Shown here: in pieces, positions 40,224-52,798 of the stretch
Layout of the letters: each line of letters starts with the position of its first letter
Position numbering within the stretch: the first letter of the stretch is position 1
From: Gordius albopunctatus
Lineage: Eukaryota
Direction of reading: 5' to 3'
Length of the DNA stretch: 64,000 nt
Assembly (NCBI GenBank): GCA_964276515.1
Contig: OZ193910.1
Location: forward strand, 5,208,001-5,272,000
Position numbers and translations under genes: made by a program
Notes under the pieces: generated by a model
What the model saw: only the letters and a program-made list of their open reading frames with translations
Told to the model about the DNA's origin: nothing
Database searches by the model: none

Positions 40224-43200
40224 TTATATTACCATAAGGTGTCTTTTTAGATTTGAGCTCGACCCTTTTGAAACAGATATCATACTTTTTGGACACATTT
40301 TACATTTGGTAATTATATTTGATCCTTTATATGAAAAGAGTGAAAAATATTTTTCATATTTTGGCCATGGCAATTTCAATTCATCTTCTGATTTTGAATA
40401 TTCAGAATCTGAAGATGACGACGATATAATATTATGATTGTCCATATTAACTTATAAATTAAACTATAATTAATAATATGAAATTAATTAACTTTAATCT
40501 TATCTTCTTTTGCACGTTATGGTATGTTAAAAGTATTTCGGAATTGGTAATAGGAAACAGGAAAAACAGCTGATTAAAAAATATAAGACTTTTGTAGTAT
40601 ACTACTACTTCCTTTCCCAGGCCATTCCTTCCCTTAATTATTAAAATAAGCCGATTACGTTATGCCCTTTGTCTGCCGGCGAGCAGATGGCATGATTCCC
40701 ACTATACAACCATGCCTTACTCTAAGACATCTGAATTATTAACGTCAACAACTGTATTACTACTTCCCTTCCCAGCCCATGCTTTCCCTTAATTATCAAA
40801 GAAAGCCGATTACGTTCCCTTACTCTAAGACATCCTAATAACTTGACTGGATGATGGGCGCCGGCATCCCTTATTCTAGGACATTATAATGATTGGCGCC
40901 AACAAGTTACAACTCCGAAAACAAATGCGGAAAATTCTAAATACATACTAAATTCATACACCCCCCTTTTCTCTCTCCCCTTCCCTTTACCCAACCGGAA
41001 GTACATGAGGGCAGACAAACCTGAAGAAAAGAATAATAGATTTACACACAACTTGAGTTTTGACTCTTGATTTCTAATCCCCCCTTTTAACAAACCCCTA
41101 CACCTTTAATTCTCGTTATAAAATACGCTCGCTTCGCTAACGTCTAATTCGCACTTTATAATTCGCTCGCTTAATAAATAAATTACCATCGGTTTATCTA
41201 TCATATTTTAATTCTATTCTATTTGATAATTTTTGGTTTATTTAACTACTTTTTGTTAAAAAATTCAAACTAACATTATTTTCCAAATAAATAAAAATAA
41301 AGATTTTTAAAATTGAACGAACCTTAAATTCGAACGCGTTCAAAGTTCACCAAAAAAAAGAACGCCGTTCATGAACGCGTTCACGTTCATTTACAGCACT
41401 AATAAATATAAATAAGAGACGAAAAAACGAGGAAAAAAAATCGATTTATACTTTGGCCAATGGTAATTTTTTCATTGGTCAGCAGCCAGGAGACGGTCAG
41501 AAAGTCATATTATCAATGGTATTAACATAAACAAACGAAAAAAAAATTCGATTCACAATTTTGCTAATGCTCATTTTTCTCATTGGTCAGTAGCCAGCGG
41601 ACAGCCAAAAAGTCATATTATCAATGGTATTAACAAGAACAATATATTAATTAAATAATAAAAAATAAAAATTAAACTCGGGTAGTTCCTTGTTTATAGA
41701 GATTACGGATATACTACTAGACAAGAGTACAATAATGATATACAATTAATTAATACTCAATTTAAATGATAATTTTATAAGGCGTTTGGAACATTTCATT
41801 CATGCATGCTTCATTTTTAAACATACTTCAAAATCTAATTTCTTTAGAAATTGTGCGTGCTAATTCTACAGTAGAAATTGATGTGAAAATTTAACTAAAA
41901 ATTAATATTCTTCATGGTTTACTAAATTCATTTTTTAAGGTTTACTTTTTAATGATTATGATTTAGCCAACTTTATTAAAGCAAATACAGCTGGCACCGC
42001 AGCCGGGCATAGTTGAGCTTTTTGTTAAAAATTGCGGGCAGGGCTTGGGCGAGCGTTATGGTAATGAAACGATGGGACGGGCCTAGCTATTGATAGGGGC
42101 AAAACATTTTTATTTTAATATATAAAAAATGGTCTTTATTTATGATGTTTATCGAGTTTTAATTATTATTAAAATTTTCAATATAATTAAATCCATATTA
42201 ATATATGTTCGTTAATTATTCATGGAACTTGTGATTTTTAAATAAGCAGATTCCTAGATTTTTTATAATTTAATAAGAGGATCGTAAAAAATTAACAAAA
42301 ATAGGTATATTTAGTTATATAAAATTAACCTTGCATAGAGTTTTAATTCTCATAAATGGTTTTATGCAGCTCCAAATACTAGTAGTAGAAATTTAACGTC
42401 GCGATACTTGTTGGAAGAAACAAAAGCCTGTTTGGGACTTTTAAATTTAACATGATTTATTGAAAATTTTTAATATTTAAATAAATGATTGATTTAGTAT
42501 TGACATAAAATGTTTAAAAAGTCATAGAATATATTAGAAATTTTTGGAAAGTGTGTAGGCTGGGCCGCTTTACAAAGTATCATAATTAGAACAAACAGAA
42601 AAATTGGAAGGAGCTATTTGCAATTTGCGTCGCTGAATATATTATTAATGCATTTTTTACCAAAAACCAATAATATATACTGCGTAGCTGAGGGCTCCGC
42701 CAGCAAACACCCATTTCTGGGGCCTTCGCCCCAGACGCCCATCTCCTAGCCCCGTTAAATTTTTGTTTAATAGTATTAGCTAACAATTTTTTTAAAACCC
42801 TTCCCCCTTCTTTGAGGCAATCCTAGCTACGCCTATGTGCTAACATAAGGGTTTATTGAAGCACTTAAATTATATGGATAGATTGATGATCTTTCTCCAA
42901 CAATCTTAAACCTTGTATTAGTATTAATTATCTTTCCAAAGGAATATTTATTTACATTAAAAATTCTATTTATTTTTTCTTTATGATTTAAAAAATATTC
43001 TAATCACGTTTAAAATACGTGCCTTTTAAGATTTCGATTATCACTTTAATCCAATTAAAATCTTAATTTATGCTATAAATGAAACATAAGACTACAAATT
43101 TTTAAAAGATGTAAACTAATAAATATCGGGCATTTGGCAATATATCTTAATATATGTTAGCCATATTTGGTAAATATACCTAATAATTTAAAAGATCTAA

Positions 43201-43483
43201 AAACTTATTATTTTCACATGTTACAATGCAAACTATTATGTTAATTCAGATGTTTATATGCTGTTATCGATTTAATTGTTCCCAGAATTGATTTTATGTG
43301 ATTCATCCAATTAAAATAAATTGTATTAATATAGTAATTGAACATAATGATATAATATATTGGAATATTATAGAAGAGGAAGCCATCAATTGATTCCCTT
43401 AATTGGGGAAATAATTAATTTTAAATACACTATTTCGCTAGTCTATAAATTTTGGCTGCGCTTAGTTTCCCCCGTTTTTTGCG

Positions 43484-44578
43484 ATGACTGATTTAACGCT
43501 GGAGGAGTTGAGTGTTAGACTTTTAAATGACAATAGACATTTTAAGGACAAGGCTCTATCCTTGGATAAAAATATTCCCTTAGTTATATTTATCAGCATA
43601 ATGACACCAGTAGGAATTTTTGGGAATCTCTTCCTATTCCTTTCACTCACCTTTCCCAATCAATGCGGCAATATATTTCGTTACGTTAGAAACAACAAAC
43701 TTTACATCCAATTACTTTCCATAGTATGTCTCATTCTTTGCGTGCTTCTTGCGTGTTGGCCCATGTATTTCATGACTTCTCACATGTGCCCCAAAGAAGA
43801 TCGCTCTCTTCTCTTTGTTGTTTGGTTCGGAAAAGTTGAATGGGGTTTGGAGGATAGTTTTATTTGTTTTCTAAATCATTTGCTTAGCCTCATGAGCTTG
43901 GACATCATGGTCGCCATTAAATGGCCCCTCTTTTATCGAAAAAAATACAGAAATTCTCAAGAACTTAGATGGCTCATAGCGGCTATCGGCATATATAGTA
44001 TCCTAATCAACGTTCCATTCTTTCTCTATTTTCATATAATTCCAAGTAAGCGAGCTACTGCTGAACATTCTACATTTGATTTACGGTTCAACAAAAAATA
44101 CGTCATACTCGTATATCTTATTCCTTTTGGATTAATTTTAATATTTAACAGTATTAGCGCCTATTATTTTTACAAGAAAAACAAAGTAGAAGAAGCCAGG
44201 TCATTGATGATTTTGACCAACAGCACCATGGGGTCGCACCATGCCTCTACCACGGCATTAAATAGTTTGCAAGTGTATAAAACGGATCGAGTGAAATCAA
44301 TCAAAAATCGTAATAAAAGCATGCTGCTCTTAATTGGATCACTCAGTATGATTACGTTCATATTTGCAATCCCATGGGTTGCCATAGTCTTTATACGAAG
44401 CTCTTATTGGGCAGCTGGGATCAATGCCTGTCAACTACACTTGGTATCTTTAGCTTATTGTTTGATATATGTAAAATTTTACATATTTCCATATTTAATT
44501 TTACTCGGATCCAATCACCATCGTCATCAAATCAAAGAATTTTGCATAAAAATAAAAGGAAAATGTCTAGGATTTTAA
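43484..44578 (+). CDS. Intronless divergent class-A (rhodopsin-like) GPCR
   Basis: 364 aa with seven hydrophobic segments; GIFGN in TM1, MSLDIMVAIKWP (DRY-like region), NVPFF, YLIPF, FAIPW. Confidence 0.8.
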   Translation: MTDLTLEELSVRLLNDNRHFKDKALSLDKNIPLVIFISIMTPVGIFGNLFLFLSLTFPNQCGNIFRYVRNNKLYIQLLSIVCLILCVLLACWPMYFMTSHMCPKEDRSLLFVVWFGKVEWGLEDSFICFLNHLLSLMSLDIMVAIKWPLFYRKKYRNSQELRWLIAAIGIYSILINVPFFLYFHIIPSKRATAEHSTFDLRFNKKYVILVYLIPFGLILIFNSISAYYFYKKNKVEEARSLMILTNSTMGSHHASTTALNSLQVYKTDRVKSIKNRNKSMLLLIGSLSMITFIFAIPWVAIVFIRSSYWAAGINACQLHLVSLAYCLIYVKFYIFPYLILLGSNHHRHQIKEFCIKIKGKCLGF

Positions 44579-44927
44579 TGCGTTGATGGTAGATGAGTCT
44601 GAAAATAAAACGCAGAGACAAAAAATATACCACATAAAACGTTTGAGGATTCATGGCCGCGTTTGGTAGTCAATCTCGTTGATCCTTTATTAGAAATAGT
44701 TTATTTTTATTTTTGATGCATTTTGTCTTTGTTATATATTTATGCAATTTTTTATTGTCAAATTTTCAGATTTTAATAAACAAACATAAAAAAGACAGCT
44801 ATCATCAAAGCCCAGAGTTACAGATTTGTAAGATAAAAATTTGTATGTATAATTTATATAGAAAAAACATAAATACTATTATATTAGAAATTAATTAGTA
44901 AATAAATTGCAGGTTAATGATATACTT

Positions 44928-45041
44928 TAGAAGATAATACCCCCCCCCTTTCAGGAGTGCCCGCAATTAAATTAACCATCTATGGGCAATTTTAATTATT
45001 TAATTGCGGGAACTCCTGAAAGGGGTTGTTATTATCTTCTA
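44928..45041. mobile_element. Short palindromic MITE
   Basis: TAGAAGATAATAC..CCCCTTTCAGGAGT..CCGCAATTAAAT inverted; same arms as 59405-59810. Confidence 0.7.
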
Positions 45042-45499
45042 AAATAAATACTATTGTTTAATTTTTGCTCTAAATAAATCGAGGAAAGAGAAAACAAATC
45101 ATATAAAATCAACGAAGGAGAAAGAAATTATTGTAATAAAACTTTTGCTGATGCTTTTGAGTTAATATATTTATAAATTCTAGCTAAATTTAAGGCACAA
45201 TTCTTAGAATCTTTAAATAGTTGAGGTAAGTTTTAGATGTTAGTATGTAATGTAGTACCTTTCTCCCTGCTTATATGTGCTTGGTATATAAAAATAATTA
45301 ACACTTTGTAGTCGTAATGGATATGTTTTGTAAAAAAAAAATTTTATTAAAAGTAAATTACCCATGGGCAAATAGCTAAGCCTATAAAAACAAAAGATTA
45401 AATAACTTGAAAAAATAAGTTTTTGTTATAAAAAAGGATGTTTTTAAATAACAAAAATATACTATTTTTTATAAAAAATAAACAATTAAACGCCAACAA

Positions 45500-45710
45500 A
45501 GAAAAGTTATTATAAGCCACTGATGAGACACATATGGCGGGCCTTTGGGTATAATAAGCTCGACCATATGACAAATGATAGACAACCCAAAAATGGTTAT
45601 TTAACCTATGGCGCACTTGATTAACGAAAATCGTCTAAGGTGGTGTAGTTATATACCTAAAAAGAGCGATGAGAAATGTTAATCAAAAAGTGTGGGGTAT
45701 GGAGGTGTAG
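45500..45710 (+). pseudogene. Decayed RTE RT C-terminal fragment
   Basis: TTGATTAACGAAAATCGTCTAAGGTGG resembles the INENRLRW coding region of the RTE family B ORF. Confidence 0.55.
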
Positions 45711-46521
45711 CGGATAAGCGACTTCAACATAAGATGTACCAAATTGTAAAGAACTTAGTAAAATACTTCAACATTCAAGAAAAACGTCTTTGACATAGTT
45801 TAACGGATCTCAAGAAAGCATATGGATTTCTTTGTGATTCGGGAGTATTCTACAATTCTTCATAACCCAACAGAACTTAACTAATGGATGAATCAATAAC
45901 TTCGCACAACTAATCCATTCCTCACAACTCAACTGTAATTAATCAATCAATTCCATTCCACACAACTCAACTGAAATAAATCAATGCATTTCCACACAAC
46001 TCTACTCTACACAACTCAAATATATCTCACCCTACACTTTACTCCACTCGTATTTTCTAACATGTTGCGCATTCCCATACCATGTATCATATTGCGTTTA
46101 GCGTTGCAATCCTTATTTTTAGTCGCAACTATAACATTTAACCCCTATATCCTTGGATTTTTTATAAACAATATCTAATTGATGATTAGAGGTGCGCAAG
46201 TGAATGAAGTTAATGTAAATAAGAACTTGAATCAGGACATGCCTCTTCTCAGCTAAAAATGGAAAAAACTTATCAAATAAAACCCCACAGCTGTGAGACA
46301 ATATAAAAATAGAGAAGAGAAGAAATATTCTCTTTCAGAGCAATGTAGAGACCCGTTTTATATATTAAATCCTTTTTTTTGTTAATAATAAGGGGTTAAG
46401 TTCAAGTCAAAATCCAAAAATTTTTTATTTGGCAAATACTCTACAAGCCCAAAGTGTATGATTCATCGTGCGTATACAAGATTAAATAATTTAGAAGATA
46501 ATTTTAAATAGATATTATAAC

Positions 46522-46771
46522 TGTAGAGAGGTAATAGGAGTGCGAAGGGCCTCCGGGGATACGTTAGTTACCAGTGTGTTGTCGTTGATTACCCGCGAGT
46601 TAATCCAATTATCGTTACCTAAGTGCTGTCGCTATTTACCCGTGTGTTGTCAATCAAATTAGCGTTAATTCATTGTAACGTATATATGAGTTTGATATAC
46701 ACGTCTGACTCACTTTTCTATTATTCCGAGTCAAAGCCTTGGAGTAAATAAAGAGTTTCCCCGGCTTAACA
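46522..46771 (+). mobile_element. Probable solo LTR upstream of the SLC25 gene
   Basis: TGTAGAG...CTTAACA ends like the Gypsy LTR, internal TATATA and AATAAA, flanks ATAAC/ATAAA. Confidence 0.5.
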
Positions 46772-47053
46772 ATAAAATTTGACATTATTTATAAAAAATA
46801 AATGTGCTAAACAATTAAATCTTTAAAAGTAGATCAAAGGTATCTACTAATTTACTTTGGCTTTAAATTTCTAAATGCCAAAAATTATTAGTTTAAATTT
46901 TTGGCACATTTACCTATTATTAAAATTTTATCGATAGGTATGCATCTTAAAAATTATAAAATTAAATATATATTCCAATGACAATTTGAAAGGCGTTTTG
47001 TGATAAATTTGCGATTTTGTCTCGGTACCTTTCTGTCAATTCAAGCTAAACGT

Positions 47054-48861
47054 ATGATTTCTGAATCGACGATTCATTTGCTCGCGGGAGGGTATTATAT
47101 TTTGTTTTATCTTTTAAATAATTTAGTACCGCTGGTACACTTGCAACTGTCTTGACGTGCCCTTTGGAGGTCATTAAGACAAGATTGCAATCATCCTTAT
47201 ACAATGCGACATACGATGTGCCCCTTAAATATGATATTGCAGCTAATTCTCGTCAAATATATAGTCATTCATATATTTATCCAAATTTGTCAAATTTAAA
47301 TAAAAATTCCCGTTTTAAACTAGTGATTCTGTTACGGTAGTAAAATTTATAACTTTTGTAATTTAAATTAGGCACACTTTTGAAACTGAAGGAATTAGAG
47401 GCCTTTTTAAGGGATTAGGTCCCAATTTAATTGGTGTTGCCCCTGCGAGGTATTTTAGAACCATGTAAATTTTTTTATATTATAGAGCAATATATTTTTG
47501 CACATATTCAAATTCAAAACAATATTTGAGTTCAAATTTTAAGTTAAATAAGTCTTTTGTATTTTTATACTCAGCCACTATAGCAGGTATATATAATATT
47601 AAGATTTAACCTACTTTTTTAAACTAGGTTTCCTTACATCTACCCTGACAAATCCTATATGGTTTATTAAAACCAAATTACAATTGGATCAAAGGTAATT
47701 ATTATACATGCTGTACATAAAGTTAAGTAAAGTAAAACACAGGAAATTAAATTAAGTGTTATTAAATGCATTAAAGACACTTATAAAACATATGGGATTG
47801 CTGGCTTTTATAAAGGTGTTACAGCCTCATATTATGGTGTTTCTGAAACAGCAATAAATTTTTTAATATATGAATCATTAAAGGAAATTATTATACCTAA
47901 AGATGATAGTGCAAATTCTCTAAAAAGCAAGCCATTTAAAACTTCTTTGAATTTTATAAAACTGATGATGTGTGCAAGTATTTCCAAAACCTTTGCTGCC
48001 ACTGTAGCATATCCACATGGTAATTAGTTTTTTTTATTTTATGTTAAGTTTGTATCATGAAAAGTTTCTTATAAATTTACTTTTATTTACCTATCTTAAG
48101 ATGTTATTACATGGGAATGATTGTGTAATTAATAAAATTGGATCTTGGATGAATTGAATTTAGTTTTATATTTGATTTTTTGTAAGTTAACATTTAAGGG
48201 CTTTAACTTTGTTACATTCTTAATCATTTTAGTTTTGGAAAATACAACAATTTTTCTATCAGTGAAACATGGGTATTGTTAGAGCCTTTTTCTATTAAAT
48301 AATTGCTACCTTTTAATCATTTATAGTAGGTTTGTTAGGTTATAAGAGATAGCTAAATACAACATTTCAACGGTCCTGAAAAGTTTTTTTAATCCGTTGA
48401 AGATCTATTAAATAAGCTATAACCACTGAAGCAATCAATAATTTATAATTATGAATGTTAAATTTTAAGAATAAACAGTTTTTTATTAAAAGTAAATTAC
48501 TTCTTGTCAGACCTTTCGTTTAAGCAATATCTTTAGCCTACGATTTTAACTTGACTTTATTGTTGCCCACGCCACTACGTTGACAGAAGTTGCTCGGACA
48601 CGGCTGAGGGAAGGCAAGGACAAATATAAAACGTTTTGGCAAACCATCCGCCTCATAGTGCGGGAAGAGAGTTGGCGAGGCGTTTATAAGGGACTGGGTA
48701 CGCATCTCCTCAGGCAAATCCCCAATACAGCCATAACACTGGCCACTTACGAAACGCTAGCTTATTTCATGACGACCTCACGAAATAAGGAATCGCCCCT
48801 GATTAGCGAAAATGTATTGGACGCAGAGGAGACTTCAATTAATATACCCGATGACTTGTGA
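47054..48861 (+). CDS. Mitochondrial pyrimidine-nucleotide carrier, SLC25A33/36 (Rim2)-like, 7 exons
   Basis: [77 protein letters not shown]. Introns 47092-47126, 47337-47371, 47450-47485, 47587-47627, ~47695-47727, ~48020-48587. Confidence 0.93.
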
Positions 48862-49569
48862 TCCTGCCTAAAGTGTTGCCGATTAGCTGAAAACTTTCCC
48901 TGCCAAACCTAGAAATCACCATTTATTATTATCACATGTTTATGTGACAACTAACGATAATTTTTTTTATATTTTTTTGAAGCCTGTTAAAGACTCTCCT
49001 TGTAACTGGCGAAAATATTGTTTTTGGTTGATCGGTTCACTCTATGTATAATACTTGTCTCAGGTTTTAATGCTCTCCGTTCTTAATAATCACGCTTCAG
49101 TATATATACTCTCCCCCTGGTAAAATCAACTCACTCCCAAACACTATTGTGATAGACGGGATCTCGGTTTTGAAAAACTTGCATCAAAATGTCCTTTTTT
49201 AACGTTATACTAAAATTTCTGTTATGAATTTAAAATATATATACACTTGTTGTAATTGCAAATTATAATAAACGTTTTATCTTAGTACAAAAGATGGCGC
49301 ATTAAAGCAGTATTTCAACCAACATATTTTTGCTAATTTGATTAAAGCGATATCATAATAACGATAAATTTTTAACCGTTTTGTAATTTAAAACTAAGCT
49401 TTAAAGTATTGTTTATAATAAATAATGTTTCTAAATGTTAGCAATTATATTTTTTGTTGTTAGGTTTGGATGTTGATTAACGGGTTTGACAAGGTTTGAA
49501 TATTTATAAAACATTATGATCATTGGCTAACTAAAATTCGCGGCATTCAGCAATACTGGTCGAAAATTA

Positions 49570-52500
49570 TTCTTCTTCTTTATCAGTTATTTGGTCCCAC
49601 ATTGGTGGGGTTTGTTTTGATAAGTTTCTTCCATCTTGATCGGGTGAGTGCCATGTCTTGAGTAATCTCTTTAGTTTCCATAACTTTATCGACTTGCCCT
49701 TTCCACGTGACACGGGGTCGTCCTCTTCCTCTCTTCCCCGGTACCTCCATGTCCAGTACTTTTCGATTTACGTCATCCGTATCCCTCCTTAGTATATGAC
49801 CATACCACCTTAGCCGATTTTCGTTAATCATGTCCGCCATAGATTGAATACCCATTTTTGTCATGAAAAAGTCATTCGTCATATGGTCGAGCTTAGTATA
49901 CCCCAAGCTCCACCGTATCATTCTCATCTCTGTGGCTTGTAATAGCTTTAATTCCGTGGTGTTTAATGCCCATGTTTCACTTCCATAGAGTAACACCGGT
50001 CTTACGATGGATTTGTAAGCTTTGCTCTTCAACCATATTGGCATTTTCTTGTCACACAAAACACCTGATTTACTTCGCCATTTAAGCCATCCTTTTTGGA
50101 TCCGGAGATTGACTTCTGTTGTGCAACCTCCCTCTTGATGTAGCATCGAGCCGAGGTATGTGAACCTGTCTACTTTTGGGTACTTTAGATGGTCATCCAG
50201 CGATGGGGTGCCTGTACCGTTCATTTCCATGTATACCGTTGTTCTATCGTTGACCTTTAAACCATATCCAACTAAGCGCTTTGACCATTTTTCGGCTTCT
50301 TTGAATACTTTCTCTCTTGTTTCCTCGCTTAGTACTATATCATCGGCATATAGCATACACCATGGCGAAGGCTTTTGAACGTCCCTCGTTATCGTGTCTA
50401 TAATTATATTAAATAAAATGGGACTTAAAGCAGAGCCTTGATGTAATCCAATATTAACCCGAAAAGGTTTAGAGTCTCCAACTGTCGTCCTAACGCAAGA
50501 GTTTGAAGCTTCGTAAATATTTTTCATAAGCTGTATATATGCGTCAGGGGTATTTTTTTTCCTCGGGCACCACCATATTAAGTCGCGGGGGACCGTGTCA
50601 TAAGCCTTCTCCAAGTCGATAAAAACCATATGTAGGTCTTTCCTCTTTTCACCATACTTATCCATCATTTGTCTCAGGGCGAAGATTGGGTCGATTGTAG
50701 ATTTGCCGGCCACGAATCCGAATTGATTAGCCGATATTTCCACCTCGCTTTTCAGCCTTGTTACTAAGATCCTTTCCAAAAGCTTCAAGGAGTGGCAAGT
50801 TAGCTTGATACCTCTGTAATTGCCGCAGTCCTGAGGGTCTCCTTTGCCTTTAAATAATGGTATAATCGTGCTTGCTCTCCATTGATTAGGGATTCGCTCT
50901 TCTACCAATATCTTGTTAAGGAGGTTCGTCATGGTGGTGACTCCTTCTTCACGACATCCGAGCAATGCTTCCATAGGTATTCCATCTGGACCATTTGCTT
51001 TTCCTTTTTGCATCTTGTTCATTTGTGTTCTAACTTCATCCTCCTGAAAGAGTTCGACCATATTTATATTTGGCTCAATTTCGAGAAGGGAATCCTTGTC
51101 ATTTGCAATATTCATAAGTTTCTTAAAATATCCTTTCCACCTTTCCATCACTTCTTTCGGCTTGAATAAGTTTTGACCCTTCTCGCTTTTGACTATTTTA
51201 AGAACTCCGACATCGCGACTTTTCTTCTCCCTTATATTGGATCGCCCCCTTTATGATCCAGTTTGTTTGCCATCTCGGTGTACGCAGCATTCTTCGCTTT
51301 TGCAACGGCCTTTTTTGCGGCCCTCTTTGCGTACCTGTACTCTTGATAATCCTCCGACTTTTTTGATTTATGCCACCGTCTATATAGATTTTTATTTCTT
51401 TCGATGAAATCTTTAACCGATTGATCCCACCACCATAGTTCCCTATTCATAGCTTTGCCTCCTTTGGTCTGTCCTAGAACACGAATCGCTGTTTCCTTAA
51501 TGTCCTTAGATAGCGTCTCCCAATCGTCGTCTACGTCCCTTTGCAACTTCCTTGCACCCAAGAGTGAGCAGGCTTTTTGATGCTATTCTTTGTTCGTCGA
51601 CGTATCCTTTAGCCTTTCGTATCGAATTCGAGGTTCATAGAACTTTCTTCCTTCGGGAAATACTCTTCTGTCAAGATCCATAACAAGGGGACGATGTTGC
51701 CTGGCGATTTCTTCTCCCGGTATCACTTTGCAATCCTTGATACTCCATAAGTCCTTTCGCCGTATAAGCAAATAGTCTATTTGACTAAAATGCTTCCCAC
51801 TTCTATAGGTCACAATATGATCTTCGCGGTTTTGGAAATAGGTGTTAACGATCGCCATGTCATATGCTTGGGATACTTGAAGAATTTTTTCCCCTTCTTT
51901 GTTCTTCAGACCATGCCCATAGCCTCCATGATTGCGTTCATACCCGAGGCGATCTTTCCCAACGTGAGCGTTGAAATCTGCCCCAATAATTAGCCTTTCT
52001 TCCTGTCCTATTCCTTGTATTTCCTTTTCCAATGAATCGAAGAATATGTCTTTCTCTGATTCCAAACATCCAATTTGGGGGGCATACGCGCACATAACGG
52101 TTAGGAGGCCCCCTTGATCTGCAATCTTCACCCACATTACCCTGTCGGAACAACGCTTTACTTCCACCACCTTGTCCTTGAACGATTCACTTAGAACGAT
52201 ACCGACCCCGTTTCTACGATTTGGTGACCCACTGTAGAAAAGCTTGTATCCTTCTCCTAATTCCCGAGCTTTCGTTTCGTTCCACCTCGTCTCTTGTAGG
52301 CAGGCGATGTGTACCTTTCTTCTTTTTAGCATCTGTGCGACCTCGATGTTCTTCCCCGTCAACGTTCCCACATTCCAGCACGTAATTCGCATTCTTTCCA
52401 CAACTAGTTTCCTTAACCGCCTTCGTTGTGAGTTGGGCAGTAACCCTAGTGTATTTTTCACATTGCACGGGCGGAGTATGCAGTGCGCGTCGTTTGTGGA

Positions 52501-52638
52501 GGACGCCCTAGCCTTTTCTTGTAAAATCCTGTTTGAAACTATCATTTAGTTTTGGAGTTGATTTTTATAGCCGGTTTCCGACCTGACGCCAACCCTCCAC
52601 TTTTTGCACACGGACTTGGGACCGTCGTAGGTAGTGTT
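49570..52638 (-). mobile_element. Full-length RTE-clade LINE, family B (ORF disrupted)
   Basis: 19-bp TSD CAATACTG(G/A)TCGAAAATTA (49551-49569, 52639-52657), (AAG)n tail; APE+RT broken by a stop near 51583 and a frameshift near 51240. Confidence 0.95.
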
Positions 52639-52644
52639 CAATAC
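52586..52644 (-). ncRNA. Twister ribozyme core at the family B 5' end, with a poor flank-derived P1
   Basis: G^AACACUACCUACGACGGUCCCAAGUCCGUGUGCAAAAAGUGGAGGGUUGGCGU. Differences from family A fall in unpaired linkers; the upstream flank (AGUAUUG) pairs weakly with GGCGU. Confidence 0.82.
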
Positions 52645-52798
52645 TGATCGAAAATTAAAAATATAAACCTTAAATTTTGGTGTTTCTTAATAACGTCATT
52701 TTATAAGGATTTTAAAATATCAGCAAAAAAAATATCTCAAACACCACCATTTTAACTTTTTATATCATTAAGCATAGCTCAAAAAATAATCGTGTTTA

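Larger units (their letters stand above)
35139..41401 (-). mobile_element. Internally deleted hAT (outer element of the nest)
   Basis: TIRs TAGTGCTGTAAA / TTTACAGCACTA with GAACGCGTTCAC subterminal repeats. BED finger ORF 40224-40445 and hATC tail FSRANAVLTAKRYCLSNDNFEKQLLLK at ~35365-35448, both on minus. No clean TSD. Confidence 0.75.
34560..41690. repeat. Dispersed-repeat units flanking the nested stack
   Basis: GGCCAATGGTCATTTTTTCATT.GTCAGT.GCCAGCGGACGGCCAA.AAGTCATATTATCAATGGTATT recurs at ~34660, ~34936, ~41454 and ~41562. Confidence 0.7.
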
